64,000 bases of DNA from Kiritimatiellia bacterium (lineage in GTDB: Bacteria; Verrucomicrobiota; Kiritimatiellia; RFP12; UBA1067). The stretch covers positions 2,015 through 66,014 of the forward strand of contig JAHBAE010000064.1 of NCBI GenBank assembly GCA_018384485.1. Reading direction: 5' to 3'. A model generated the notes under the pieces. That model saw only the letters and a list, made by a program, of their open reading frames with translations. It made no database searches and had not been told where the DNA came from. This document shows, piece by piece, positions 8,658 through 18,266 of this stretch. The stretch's first letter is position 1; every line of letters begins with the position of its first letter. Position numbers and translations under genes: made by a program.

Positions 8658-10033
8658 AACAACTTAAACAATCAAGAAGGTCGTTCATCAAGGGCGCCGC
8701 ATCGATTGGTGCGTTCAACCTTGTTCCGGCCAAGGTTTTGTGGGGAGCGACCGCTCCGTCCAACCAGCTTACGCGTGCGTTGATAGGTTTCGGTAGCATC
8801 GCGCAGAGCCACAACCATCTTCCTTACAAGGGCTCTCGCCTTATCGGTCTTTGCGATCCTGATCAGCTTCACGTAGCTCAGGGTCTTGAAGCGGCCAAGA
8901 AGGAAGGTTGGGGTGATATCAAGGCGTATGCCGATTTCACCAAGCTTCTTGAAGATCCTTCCGTTGATATCGTCCATATCTGCACTCCGCCTCATTGGCA
9001 CGGCGTGCAGTCGGTCATGGCGGCCCGCGCAGGCAAGGATATCTGGTGCGAAAAGCCGATGACCCGCACAGTGGGCGAAGGCAAGCGCGTCATGGAATAC
9101 GTCAAGGCTAAGGGCAGAATGTTCCGCCTTAACACGTGGTTCCGTTTCTCGGGCGGCTTCTACGGCATGGGCACGACGGTAAAGCCCATCCGCCAGGTAG
9201 TTGAAAACGGGATTTTGGGCAAGGGCCCCATCAAGTGCGTCTTCGGCGCCGGTCAGGGTTTTAGCTGGAAGTTCTACTGGTCTGGTAAGATTAACCTCGC
9301 GCCGGAAGTCTGCCCCAAGACATTCGACTGGGATATGTGGCTCGGCCCTGCGCCGTGGAAGCCCTACAACAAGCACCGCACGCATGGTACGTTCCGCGGA
9401 TATTGGGATTATGACGCAGGCGGCCTCGGCGATATGGCTCAGCATTATCTCGACCCCGTGCAGTATCTTCTCTGCAAGGATGAGACAAGCCCCGTCAAGA
9501 TTGATTACGTCGGCCCGAAACAGCACCCCGAGTCCGTCGGCCGCTTCGACCGCATTACTCTTACATATGCGGACGGCACGGAAGTTATTCTCGACGGCGA
9601 CGAATCTCTCAAGAACGAGCCATTCCTCCGCGGTTCTAACGGCGTTACGCTCTGGCCCTTCGGCAAACTCGACGGCAAGGAGATCAACGGCGGCTGGACG
9701 AATGAAAGCGACGCTCAGAAGCAGCACTTCGGGCTTCTTGACGCCAACGGCAAGCGTATGGATACGGCGGCAATCCTCAAGGAGCTTCCCGAGCCTGCGC
9801 CCCAGCAGACCGACTTCATGGACAGCGTCCGCAACCGCAAGAAATTCGCGCTCAACGAAGAGAACGGTTTCCGCAGCTCGACGATGTTCAACCTCGCCAT
9901 TGCCGCGGAGCGTCTCGGCCATGGTTTCGAGTTCGACCCCGACAAGCTCGTGGCGAAGAACGATGAGGCGGCAAACCGTTTCCTCTATCAGGAACTTCGC
10001 GGAAGATGGTCTGATGAAATGTTCCGCGATTGA
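8654..10033 (+). CDS. Gfo/Idh/MocA-family oxidoreductase with twin-arginine signal
   Basis: TAT signal SRRSFIKGAASIGAF, an N-terminal Rossmann region and a CEKPM motif. ATGA overlap with the uxuA stop. Confidence 0.85.
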   Translation: MKQLKQSRRSFIKGAASIGAFNLVPAKVLWGATAPSNQLTRALIGFGSIAQSHNHLPYKGSRLIGLCDPDQLHVAQGLEAAKKEGWGDIKAYADFTKLLEDPSVDIVHICTPPHWHGVQSVMAARAGKDIWCEKPMTRTVGEGKRVMEYVKAKGRMFRLNTWFRFSGGFYGMGTTVKPIRQVVENGILGKGPIKCVFGAGQGFSWKFYWSGKINLAPEVCPKTFDWDMWLGPAPWKPYNKHRTHGTFRGYWDYDAGGLGDMAQHYLDPVQYLLCKDETSPVKIDYVGPKQHPESVGRFDRITLTYADGTEVILDGDESLKNEPFLRGSNGVTLWPFGKLDGKEINGGWTNESDAQKQHFGLLDANGKRMDTAAILKELPEPAPQQTDFMDSVRNRKKFALNEENGFRSSTMFNLAIAAERLGHGFEFDPDKLVAKNDEAANRFLYQELRGRWSDEMFRD

Positions 10034-10062
10034 TAACGGCGGCAACACGAAATAAAGAAAGG

Positions 10063-10617
10063 ATGAAAATGAAAACAAGATTTCTTACATCTGCGATTCT
10101 CGCCGCCGCCTTCGCGCTTTCAGTAAGCGCCAAGGACGTGTATGATATTCGCCCTGATGCGAACGTTCAAGGTGCGCCTACCGCTGCCGAATGGCAGGAG
10201 GTCAAGGAAAACGCTGCGGCGCTCGCGGCAGCAACGGCAGAAGACAAGCTTGCTGCGCACGTGGCGAGTGACGCATCTGCCGAGGCTCTCGCGGCGAAAG
10301 TATGCGGGGCATATTACATCAACGTGATCGACGCGCATGTCATTGCGGCCGTCACGCAGTATGTGATGATAGGCAACACCCCGTGGTGGAAGTTCTGGGC
10401 TCCTCAGGTTTCCGCCGAACGCGCGCGCTGGATTGCAGCTCTCGTGAAGACGGCGAAGAACGCTAAGGACGCCTACGTCGCACAGTTCTGCATCGATCAG
10501 CTCCGCTGGTGCGCCACCAAGGATCAGATCGCCGATATCAAGGCTATTGCCGCGAAGTTCTCCGACAAGGGTGTTTCCAGCATAGCGGAAATGGCAGTTA
10601 AGGAACTGGCCAGGTAA
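10063..10617 (+). CDS. Secreted Ala-rich helical protein, function unknown
   Basis: Start moved to ATG 10063 (AAAGGA upstream). Sec signal MKMKTRFLTSAILAAAFALSVSA|KD. I recognise no family. Confidence 0.55.
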   Translation: MKMKTRFLTSAILAAAFALSVSAKDVYDIRPDANVQGAPTAAEWQEVKENAAALAAATAEDKLAAHVASDASAEALAAKVCGAYYINVIDAHVIAAVTQYVMIGNTPWWKFWAPQVSAERARWIAALVKTAKNAKDAYVAQFCIDQLRWCATKDQIADIKAIAAKFSDKGVSSIAEMAVKELAR

Positions 10618-10618
10618 T

Positions 10619-11599
10619 ATGCGCGTCGTATTCATGGGTTCGTCGTCGGCTTCGGTCGAGTGCCTTCGCGCCATACTGCGCGAGAAGGAGCTGGAGGTTG
10701 TCGGCGTCGTAACCCAGCCGGACCGCCCCGCTGGGCGAGGCAAATCTCTTACCCCCTGTGCTCTTGCGCGTTTTGCGGAGGAGAGGGGGATAGAAGATGT
10801 AATAAAGCCCGAGCGGGTCAACGATCCTGAACCGATGGAATGGATTAAGGAGAAAAAGCCTGATGTGGTGGCGGTTGTAGCCTTTGGGCATATTTTGAAA
10901 AAGCCGCTTCTCGACCTTCCTCTGTTCGGTTGCATCAACTGCCATTTTTCTCTCCTCCCAAAGTACAGGGGCGCAGCCCCCGTTGTGGCGGCGCTTGAGG
11001 CAGGAGAGAGGCTTACCGGGGTTACGGTGATGCGTATGGGAGTTGGGCTTGACGACGGCCCTATTATGCTCCAGAGTTTTGAACCGATATATCCTGATAC
11101 AACGGGCGGCGAATTGATGGCCGATCTTTCCATTGCGGGCGGAGTTGCCCTTGCAAAGGTTCTCAAGCTATTGAACCGCAATGCTCTTCCAGTAGAAGTT
11201 GAGCAGGACGATAGCGCCGCAACGTATGTGAAGAAGTTGAAGAAGACGGATGGTCTTATTGATTGGGATCTTCCCGTCATTGTCATTGAAAGGCGTATTC
11301 GCGCCTACAACCCGTGGCCTTTTGCTTATACCTTCATGCCTCAGCGTTTCAGGCGCAAAGGAAACACAGGCAGGCTTTTGGTATTGAAGTCGAAGGTGGT
11401 GAAATTAGAGCCTGGGTGGGAAGCTTACGCTCCAGGCACTGTCGTCAAGATTGATAAAGCAGGGCCTGTCGTTAAATGTCATGATACGGCGCTTATCCTT
11501 CTTGAGCTTAAGCCTGAAGGTTCATCGGCTATGAGCGGCGCCGCCTTTGCGCGCGGGCGACAGCTTATTCCTTTCGAGGATGTGTTTCTCTCTTCTTGA
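10619..11599 (+). CDS. fmt: Methionyl-tRNA formyltransferase
   Basis: MRVVFMGSS, VVTQPDRPAGRGK and NCHFSLLPKYRGAAPV, plus the C-terminal Fmt domain. Confidence 0.92.
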   Translation: MRVVFMGSSSASVECLRAILREKELEVVGVVTQPDRPAGRGKSLTPCALARFAEERGIEDVIKPERVNDPEPMEWIKEKKPDVVAVVAFGHILKKPLLDLPLFGCINCHFSLLPKYRGAAPVVAALEAGERLTGVTVMRMGVGLDDGPIMLQSFEPIYPDTTGGELMADLSIAGGVALAKVLKLLNRNALPVEVEQDDSAATYVKKLKKTDGLIDWDLPVIVIERRIRAYNPWPFAYTFMPQRFRRKGNTGRLLVLKSKVVKLEPGWEAYAPGTVVKIDKAGPVVKCHDTALILLELKPEGSSAMSGAAFARGRQLIPFEDVFLSS

Positions 11600-11646
11600 T
11601 GCAGCGTAACGGCTCTGTCGCTTTTCCTTTTAAAGGGGTATGACTT

Positions 11647-12720
11647 ATGAAATTGACTGAAATAGGATGGAATGAATTCAAGGCGCTTTCTCTTGATGAG
11701 AAGCGCCCGTATCTTGAGCGTGAGGAGAAGGATTCTCTTCCGTACCACACGCTTTTTGCGCAGCAGTTCGATAGGGGAGTTCTTGAAAGGCTTTGCGCAC
11801 TGGCCAACCGCATCCGTTTCATAAACAAATCTCGCGAAGGAGCTCTTTATCTAAAAAGCATTCTCGCTCATAAGCGCGCGATGCTTTATTTCTCCCAGCC
11901 TTCCTCAAGAACGTTTCTTTCACATCTTGCGGCGTGCCAGATTCTCGGCGTAACAACCGGCTCCGTGAGAGACGCGGCGACATCGTCGGAATTTAAGGGC
12001 GAGTCGAAAGAAGATTCCATCCGCACGTTCTCATCCTATTTCGATATGATAATCATGCGCTCGCCTGAGCAGGGGCTTGCGGAGAAAATGGCGTGGGAGC
12101 TTTCAAATTCCTCGCGTTCTATCCCTATTATAAACGCAGGCTCGGGCAAGGATCAGCATCCGACGCAGGCGCTGCTTGATATCTATACGCTCGTAAGATC
12201 GTTTGAGAACAATGGCGGGCTTGACGGCAGAACTGTCGTTTTCTGCGGCGATCTTTTGCGCGGGCGCACGGTGCGCTCGCTCTCATATCTGCTTACTAGA
12301 TTTAAATCGGTAAAGCAGATTTTTGTTGCGCCAGATGAGTTGCAGGTTCCCTCCGATGTGACGGCGACGCTCGAGGAAAATTCAGTTGAGTTTGAAATTT
12401 CTTCCGATCTCAAGGATGCCGTCAAAAAGGCTGATGCCGTTTACATGACGCGCATACAGGACGAATGGGACGCATCTAAGGGCGCGTCGGCAAGAATTGA
12501 TACATCTGCCTTCAAGTTCAACGAGGAGCACTTGGCGCTCTTGAAAAAGGAAGGCTGCCTCCTTCATCCGCTTCCTCGCCGCGACGAGATTTCCACTTCG
12601 TGCGACCGCGACCCGCGCGCGATGTACTGGCGGCAGATGCGCAACGGAATGTGGATTAGAGCCGCTCTCATAGCTGCCACATTTGGATATGAGCGCGAGA
12701 TTATGACATGCGGCTACTAA
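11647..12720 (+). CDS. pyrB: Aspartate carbamoyltransferase catalytic chain-like
   Basis: HPTQALLDIYT, GDLLRGRTVRS, MTRIQDE and HPLPRRDEI are present. The carbamoyl-phosphate motif reads SSRTF instead of STRTR, and there is a ~40-aa N-terminal extension. Confidence 0.72.
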   Translation: MKLTEIGWNEFKALSLDEKRPYLEREEKDSLPYHTLFAQQFDRGVLERLCALANRIRFINKSREGALYLKSILAHKRAMLYFSQPSSRTFLSHLAACQILGVTTGSVRDAATSSEFKGESKEDSIRTFSSYFDMIIMRSPEQGLAEKMAWELSNSSRSIPIINAGSGKDQHPTQALLDIYTLVRSFENNGGLDGRTVVFCGDLLRGRTVRSLSYLLTRFKSVKQIFVAPDELQVPSDVTATLEENSVEFEISSDLKDAVKKADAVYMTRIQDEWDASKGASARIDTSAFKFNEEHLALLKKEGCLLHPLPRRDEISTSCDRDPRAMYWRQMRNGMWIRAALIAATFGYEREIMTCGY

Positions 12721-12776
12721 ATTTTCTTCGGCGGAAATTTTAAGAACAGGTAGATTTTAAAACTGATTGGGAATAT

Positions 12777-15128
12777 ATGATTGTGAACTCATCTTTGTCT
12801 CATATTTGGGGCTGCACCTTGATGGCGCTTGCATTCTTTGCTTCGCTTGACATTTCAGCTGCGGAAAATTCGACTCCGATGTTGCGCTCCGCCGTCGAGG
12901 CTCTTAGAGATGGAGAAACTCTTTCCTTGCCGACGGCTACTTATCGCCTCTCTGTCAAAGGCGCGCGTGAAATAGAACTTGCCCCTTCGAATAACCGCAC
13001 AGGCCTTAAATCTGTGGCATTCCCGATTTTCGGGAAGAAGAATGTGACTATCGATGGCAATGGTTCTACGTTCGTCTGCGAGTTTGGAGTATCTCCTTTT
13101 GCTTCACTGAGCAGCCAAGGCGTCACACTGAAGAATTTTACGATTACGATGCCTTATAAGCCGGTCGTCGCTTTTAAAGTGATGGAGAAGAACGATAAAT
13201 TCTTCCGCATAAAGCTTGAGAAGGGGTGCTGCCAGGTGCGCATTAAAGGCGATGAAATTATAATTGATGCTGGCGAGCGGATTTGCTCTTCAAAGGAGGG
13301 GCGGCTTTCGATGCATCCCGAGAAGCGTCAATTGACGCACATTATTATGACGCCTTCATCCCCGGGAAATAAAGACGAGTTCCCATCTCCCTTCTGTTCA
13401 GTTCTTCCAAAGGCGGTCGGCGAAGACGAAATCATTTTCACTTACGTTCCCGATTCGCACAAGAAATGCTGCGCTCTTCCGTATGAAGTGAATGAGCGCG
13501 TGAACATTCTTCTCGACCAGACCCGTTCCACACTCGCGTTCTTTTTTCAGGATTCAACAGACATCTGCCTTGAGAATGTGACGTTGCGCCGCTTCCCTGG
13601 CATGGGGCTCGTTGCGCAGCGCTGCGAGAATATTACCGTAAGAGGCCTTACCGCCGCCCCGTGCAAAAACGAGGATGTTTCGCTTACCGCCGACATCATG
13701 CAGTTTATCAACTGCGGAAAATCTGTGCGCGTGGAACAATGCTTCTGCGCCAATTCGGCCGACGATATCATAAACGTCCATGGCAATTACATGAGTGTGG
13801 TGTCCGTTTCAGGAAACAAGGCAGTTCTCTCTTTGCATCACGAATCCCATCGCGGTTTCTTTCCGTACAGAGCAGGCGATAAGGTCGAGTTTTCCGATTT
13901 CTACTCGCATGAAATCCTCGGCTCGGCGAAGGTGGTTTCTCTTCAGGCAAATCCCACGAACGCCTATTCCTGCACTGTGGTTTTTGATTCTTCTCTTCCA
14001 TCCTTCAAGAAGGGTACTTTAGTTGAGAATGTGACGCTCTCCCCCGATGTCACACTCAAGGGGAATAAATTTTTCAATTATTCGCATATCAGAATCTCAG
14101 GGCGCGGAAAGATTCTCGTCGAGAACAACAGGTTTGAGCATTGCCAGGGGCTTATCTTTATGGATCTGGCGGGTTACTGGATGGAGTCCGGGCGCATTTC
14201 CGATGTTACGATACGGAACAACGACTTTGTCAACTGCAATGCCAGAGGAGGCAACTCTTTCGTGACTATCGGCATAGAAAACCGCCGCCACGATGACGCG
14301 AATGTTCCGCTTATCCACGGGCGCGTCCTTTTTGAAGGCAATCGCTATTCTGGCATCAAAGCCAATAAGTATGTCGCGTGGGGAGTGCGCGAGGTGATTG
14401 ATCGCGATAAGAAGATGAAAAGGGTTCTCATTCTCGGAGATTCCATATCCGACAAATGTCATGTCGGGTGCACGAAGAACTATTGGGGCTTTCTTGCGGA
14501 GAACCTCTTTTTTACGCCTTACGTATATGCGGTGAACGGTGCGCAGATGTTGCGCCTTCCGGGGCAGCTCAAGGCGTTCGCAAAGGATCACAAGTTCGCG
14601 CCGGATGTCGTGTTAGCCTTTGCAGGTACAAATGACTATAATGCAAACATTCCGCTCGGTGAGTGGTACAGCGTGAAGGACGCTACCGTCAACAGAAACG
14701 GGAGGAAAGCGAATGTGAAGAAGCGTTCTTTCAATTTTGACGAGTCTACGTTCCGCGGCAGAATAAATATTCTCATGAAGCTTATCAAAGAAACGTATCC
14801 CAATGCTAAGGTGTTGGTAGTAACTCCATTGCACCGCGGCTACGCATGGTTCGGAGACGCAAATGTTCAGCCCGATGAATCGTACTCCAACGAGAGGGGG
14901 CTCTTTATCGATGATTACGCTTCAGTCATCAGGGAGGCTGGCGGAGTGTGGTCGGTGAAGGTGGTCGACCTTTTTGCAGACAGTGGCATCCTTCCCAACC
15001 TTCGTTCTCAAGATCCGTTTATACACAATGTCAATTCCGACAGGTTGCATCCGTCTGCCAAGGGGCATAAGATTGTAGCTGATGCAGTCGAGCTGTCGGT
15101 CGGCAAATGGCTTGAGCCTGGCGAATGA
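12777..15128 (+). CDS. Secreted two-domain protein: right-handed beta-helix glycosidase-like N-domain + SGNH/GDSL hydrolase C-domain
   Basis: Signal-like N-terminus. The long region shows beta-helix turn periodicity (NVTIDGNGSTF, VTLKNFTI, ICLENVTLRRF, ITVRGLTA, VTIRNNDFVNC). The C-terminal SGNH blocks are VLILGDSISD, AGTNDYN and DRLHPS. Confidence 0.7.
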   Translation: MIVNSSLSHIWGCTLMALAFFASLDISAAENSTPMLRSAVEALRDGETLSLPTATYRLSVKGAREIELAPSNNRTGLKSVAFPIFGKKNVTIDGNGSTFVCEFGVSPFASLSSQGVTLKNFTITMPYKPVVAFKVMEKNDKFFRIKLEKGCCQVRIKGDEIIIDAGERICSSKEGRLSMHPEKRQLTHIIMTPSSPGNKDEFPSPFCSVLPKAVGEDEIIFTYVPDSHKKCCALPYEVNERVNILLDQTRSTLAFFFQDSTDICLENVTLRRFPGMGLVAQRCENITVRGLTAAPCKNEDVSLTADIMQFINCGKSVRVEQCFCANSADDIINVHGNYMSVVSVSGNKAVLSLHHESHRGFFPYRAGDKVEFSDFYSHEILGSAKVVSLQANPTNAYSCTVVFDSSLPSFKKGTLVENVTLSPDVTLKGNKFFNYSHIRISGRGKILVENNRFEHCQGLIFMDLAGYWMESGRISDVTIRNNDFVNCNARGGNSFVTIGIENRRHDDANVPLIHGRVLFEGNRYSGIKANKYVAWGVREVIDRDKKMKRVLILGDSISDKCHVGCTKNYWGFLAENLFFTPYVYAVNGAQMLRLPGQLKAFAKDHKFAPDVVLAFAGTNDYNANIPLGEWYSVKDATVNRNGRKANVKKRSFNFDESTFRGRINILMKLIKETYPNAKVLVVTPLHRGYAWFGDANVQPDESYSNERGLFIDDYASVIREAGGVWSVKVVDLFADSGILPNLRSQDPFIHNVNSDRLHPSAKGHKIVADAVELSVGKWLEPGE

Positions 15129-15173
15129 CGATAGCGAATTGCCTCGCGCGCGATTTTAAACAGAAAGGGAAAA

Positions 15174-17288
15174 ATGAAAACGATAATGAAAAAATCCATC
15201 CTTGCGGTGGCGATGGCCGCTCTCGCGGGCGCCTGTCAAATGAAAAACCAAGAGCCTGAGAAGCGTCCGGTAAGAACGATAACGCTTAATCTCAACGCCA
15301 AGCCCATACGCGATATCTCGCAGTCGTCGAGTTCGCCGATTCTCGGCTATGCTGGCGCCGGCGTTGGTGGCGGAGAAGATTCGAAATGGCTTTTTGAAAC
15401 GCACCGCAAAGAGGCGGCCGCCGTGTTCCGCAAATGCGGTGCGAGGTTTGTTCGTCAGTGGGACGCCGTCCGCCTGTGGCAACGCGGCGCGGGATCGTAT
15501 TTTTTTCTCGACAGTAAAACTGGCAAGGCAAAGAACAGGTTTCCTCACATGACAACTGACATGTATAATGCATTTTCCTTCTACAAGGAGTATGGCATTA
15601 AAGTCGTGTTGACGCTTGAGAATTACGGATCGATCACAAACTTTGAAACGCTCGCCTCAACACCTGACATCAATTATGTTAAGAAAGACATTTGTGATTA
15701 CGTCAAATGGATTGTAGACAATGGCTTTAAAGAGGTTGTTGCAGGTTTCGAACTCGGCAATGAGCCGTATTGGGCAGGTAATGAGATGTATACCAATCCG
15801 AACTGCAGCCCCGAGCGCTATGCCGAGCGCTGGTGCGCAATCATTCCTGAAATTAAGAAAATATTCCCTGAGTGCAAAATCGGTATGCCGATTGCAGAAT
15901 ATTTCAGCGCCGATCCAGATATCGCAGCTGTCCGCGCGAGAACTGAACAGGCCGAAAAGCTTGAAGCCAAGGGTTATTTCGATGCAAACAGCATGAATCA
16001 GTGGTCTGCGAGATTTATCAAGGCGATGGAGAGTCAGCTTCACAATGTATCTCATGTTATTTATCATACCTACGGCGCGGACGCCCCATTTTCCGCAACG
16101 TATTGGGGGATTCGCCGCTATCGCCTCTTTACAGATGCATACCCCCAGCTTAAAGGTAAGAAATTCTGGATAACGGAATGGCGCGATCGCTCCGACGAGG
16201 AAGTTCCCTCACACATGCGCTTCCGCGAGACGCTCAACAAGTCCGCATTCATGCTTATGATGATTGCACAGCCTGAAATCGACGGAATGAATCTTCATGA
16301 GTTCCGCTGCCAAACGGGTTCTCTCGCTTGGTCGTTCTGGAACGATAAGGACAAGACGGGCAACTGGTCGGTGCAGTGGATGAACGGCGGGCCTGATCGC
16401 CCCGATTACGATTCTGTCGGCGAGAGCCGCGTTCATATCGGGAGTATGGGGCCTGCTATGCAGCTTATGGTTGAATCGCTCCGCAGGAATCCGCTTGTTA
16501 TGGATTTCGGAAGCGACAACTACGGCGCATATTCCGAGGGATGCTCGAACGCCGTCTGGGCGTGCTCTGATTACTACGCAAGCGTCATAGACTATCGCCA
16601 GGGGATTCGCAAAGGGCTTCCGCCTGAAAAGATGCCCAAGATCAAGGGCGATTGCCAGTATCTTGTCACGTGCGATAAGTCAAAAAACATCTGGGCGCTG
16701 CATTACGTAAACATGAATCCCGAGGATGTTGAGTTTGATATCGTTTTCAACGGTCACTGCGACCCTGGCGCCCCTGATATTCGCGTCACCTGCTGTGATG
16801 AGCGTTTTGCAGATGCGCATGAAATCGCTGGCTTTGGGCGTCTTTCCCGCGAATACGCTTATCAGCCTTACGCAGTTGAAGCCGGCAAGTATCGCATCAA
16901 GATACCTGGCAATTCAGTTACGACCGTCACCATTCCCGTGCGCCGCGGCTGGATGTATAATTCTGCTCACAGGCTTCTTGAAGCGGCCGCCATCCATGAC
17001 GAGCCGTTCCCTCAGCGCCCTAAATGCGGAGCCGAGCAGAAGGCGGAGGATTTCCGCTATTACGGGGCGCTTGATCGCTATGCGAAACTCAAGGTTGTCA
17101 AGAACGGAGGACTCGTCTGCAATGTGTCTGTCGGGAATCTCACCGACGGGGCTGCTATTAAAGTGTTCAAGGGTGAAGATGCAAAGGAAAATAAGCAGGC
17201 CACTCTTGTCACCGATATTGAGAACCCTGAAATTTTAGAGAATCTCAGGAAGGATGCAGGCAAGCTTTGCGGAGTAGAGCTTCGCTGA
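15174..17288 (+). CDS. Lipoprotein, putative clan GH-A glycoside hydrolase
   Basis: Lipobox AALAGAC. FELGNEPYW (acid/base NEP) and KFWITEW (nucleophile) form the usual (beta/alpha)8 clan-A motif pair. I cannot assign a family by eye. Confidence 0.6.
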   Translation: MKTIMKKSILAVAMAALAGACQMKNQEPEKRPVRTITLNLNAKPIRDISQSSSSPILGYAGAGVGGGEDSKWLFETHRKEAAAVFRKCGARFVRQWDAVRLWQRGAGSYFFLDSKTGKAKNRFPHMTTDMYNAFSFYKEYGIKVVLTLENYGSITNFETLASTPDINYVKKDICDYVKWIVDNGFKEVVAGFELGNEPYWAGNEMYTNPNCSPERYAERWCAIIPEIKKIFPECKIGMPIAEYFSADPDIAAVRARTEQAEKLEAKGYFDANSMNQWSARFIKAMESQLHNVSHVIYHTYGADAPFSATYWGIRRYRLFTDAYPQLKGKKFWITEWRDRSDEEVPSHMRFRETLNKSAFMLMMIAQPEIDGMNLHEFRCQTGSLAWSFWNDKDKTGNWSVQWMNGGPDRPDYDSVGESRVHIGSMGPAMQLMVESLRRNPLVMDFGSDNYGAYSEGCSNAVWACSDYYASVIDYRQGIRKGLPPEKMPKIKGDCQYLVTCDKSKNIWALHYVNMNPEDVEFDIVFNGHCDPGAPDIRVTCCDERFADAHEIAGFGRLSREYAYQPYAVEAGKYRIKIPGNSVTTVTIPVRRGWMYNSAHRLLEAAAIHDEPFPQRPKCGAEQKAEDFRYYGALDRYAKLKVVKNGGLVCNVSVGNLTDGAAIKVFKGEDAKENKQATLVTDIENPEILENLRKDAGKLCGVELR

Positions 17289-17293
17289 TCGAG

Positions 17294-17593
17294 ATGGCCG
17301 GGATGCCAGATGTATTTTCAAGTGCGCCGGGCGGTACGATAGTTACCGTCCGCGCGTCTCCGCGCTCTTCAAAGAGCGGCATCGATGGAATTTTCGGGGA
17401 TGCTCTGCGAGTGAGGATACGTTGCGCGCCCGTTGATGGGAAGGCCAATAAAGAATTGATTGAGACGCTTGCCGACGCGTTCTCCATTCCGAAAAGCCGC
17501 GTGAAACTCGTAGGCGGCGAAACTTCGAAGAACAAGCGCGTTCTTCTCGCGGGAGTGCCTCTTGAAGAAGCGAAGAAGGTGATTGATGAGTGA
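17294..17593 (+). CDS. DUF167/YggU family protein
   Basis: APVDGKANKELIETLADAFSIPKSRVKLVGGETSKNKRVLL is the YggU signature. Start placed at ATG 17294, after the upstream stop at 17288. Confidence 0.8.
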   Translation: MAGMPDVFSSAPGGTIVTVRASPRSSKSGIDGIFGDALRVRIRCAPVDGKANKELIETLADAFSIPKSRVKLVGGETSKNKRVLLAGVPLEEAKKVIDE

Positions 17594-18260
17594 GATGACT
17601 TTAGATGGGCTTATTGCAGAATTGAAGGCGGGATCTCGTGTGGCGCTGCAGCTTCGCCATGCGGAGCGCCCGAAGCTTGATCCGAACGATCCTTCCTTTG
17701 GCGATATGCTCCCGCTTACAAAGGAAGGCGTGCGAACGGCTCTTCAGTTAGGTTCACGCCTTTCTGAATTCAAGGATGTGGTAAGTTTCGTTTCAAGCCC
17801 CCTTAAGCGCACGCGGATGACGGCGGCGTCAGTTGCCGAAGGGATGGGTTTGGATGTGGCGGAGATTCCCACGGACGAACTTCTTGGCAACGGTTCGTTT
17901 TACTACACCGATCCTGAGAAGGTGCTTGAGGTGATGAATGCGCGGGAGTTTTTTTCAGCGTGCACTGAATATTTCAGGAGTGGGATTCTTCCTGGTTTTG
18001 CTCCTCTTGGTAAAGCGGCAGATTCATGTGAAAGATGGCTTCTTGAAAAACTAGATAAGCAGCTTCTTGTGGCAACGACGCATGATGTCTACATTGCCGC
18101 GTTCCTTGTGGCGCGAGGGGTAGTTGAGAGTTTTTCCCGCGATAATTGGCCATGCTTTCTTGATGCAGCGGCAATAATTATCAGACCCGACGGTTCATGC
18201 CGCTATGAATTTGTGCGCACAGGCTTTTCAACGGGCATAGTTGGGGTGGCCGAGGAATAA
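17583..18260 (+). CDS. Histidine phosphatase (PGM-like) family protein
   Basis: The N-terminal LQLRHAERP is an RHG-type catalytic motif, and there is a downstream His in ATTHDVYI. Confidence 0.62.
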   Translation: MMSEMTLDGLIAELKAGSRVALQLRHAERPKLDPNDPSFGDMLPLTKEGVRTALQLGSRLSEFKDVVSFVSSPLKRTRMTAASVAEGMGLDVAEIPTDELLGNGSFYYTDPEKVLEVMNAREFFSACTEYFRSGILPGFAPLGKAADSCERWLLEKLDKQLLVATTHDVYIAAFLVARGVVESFSRDNWPCFLDAAAIIIRPDGSCRYEFVRTGFSTGIVGVAEE

Positions 18261-18266
18261 GACTGA

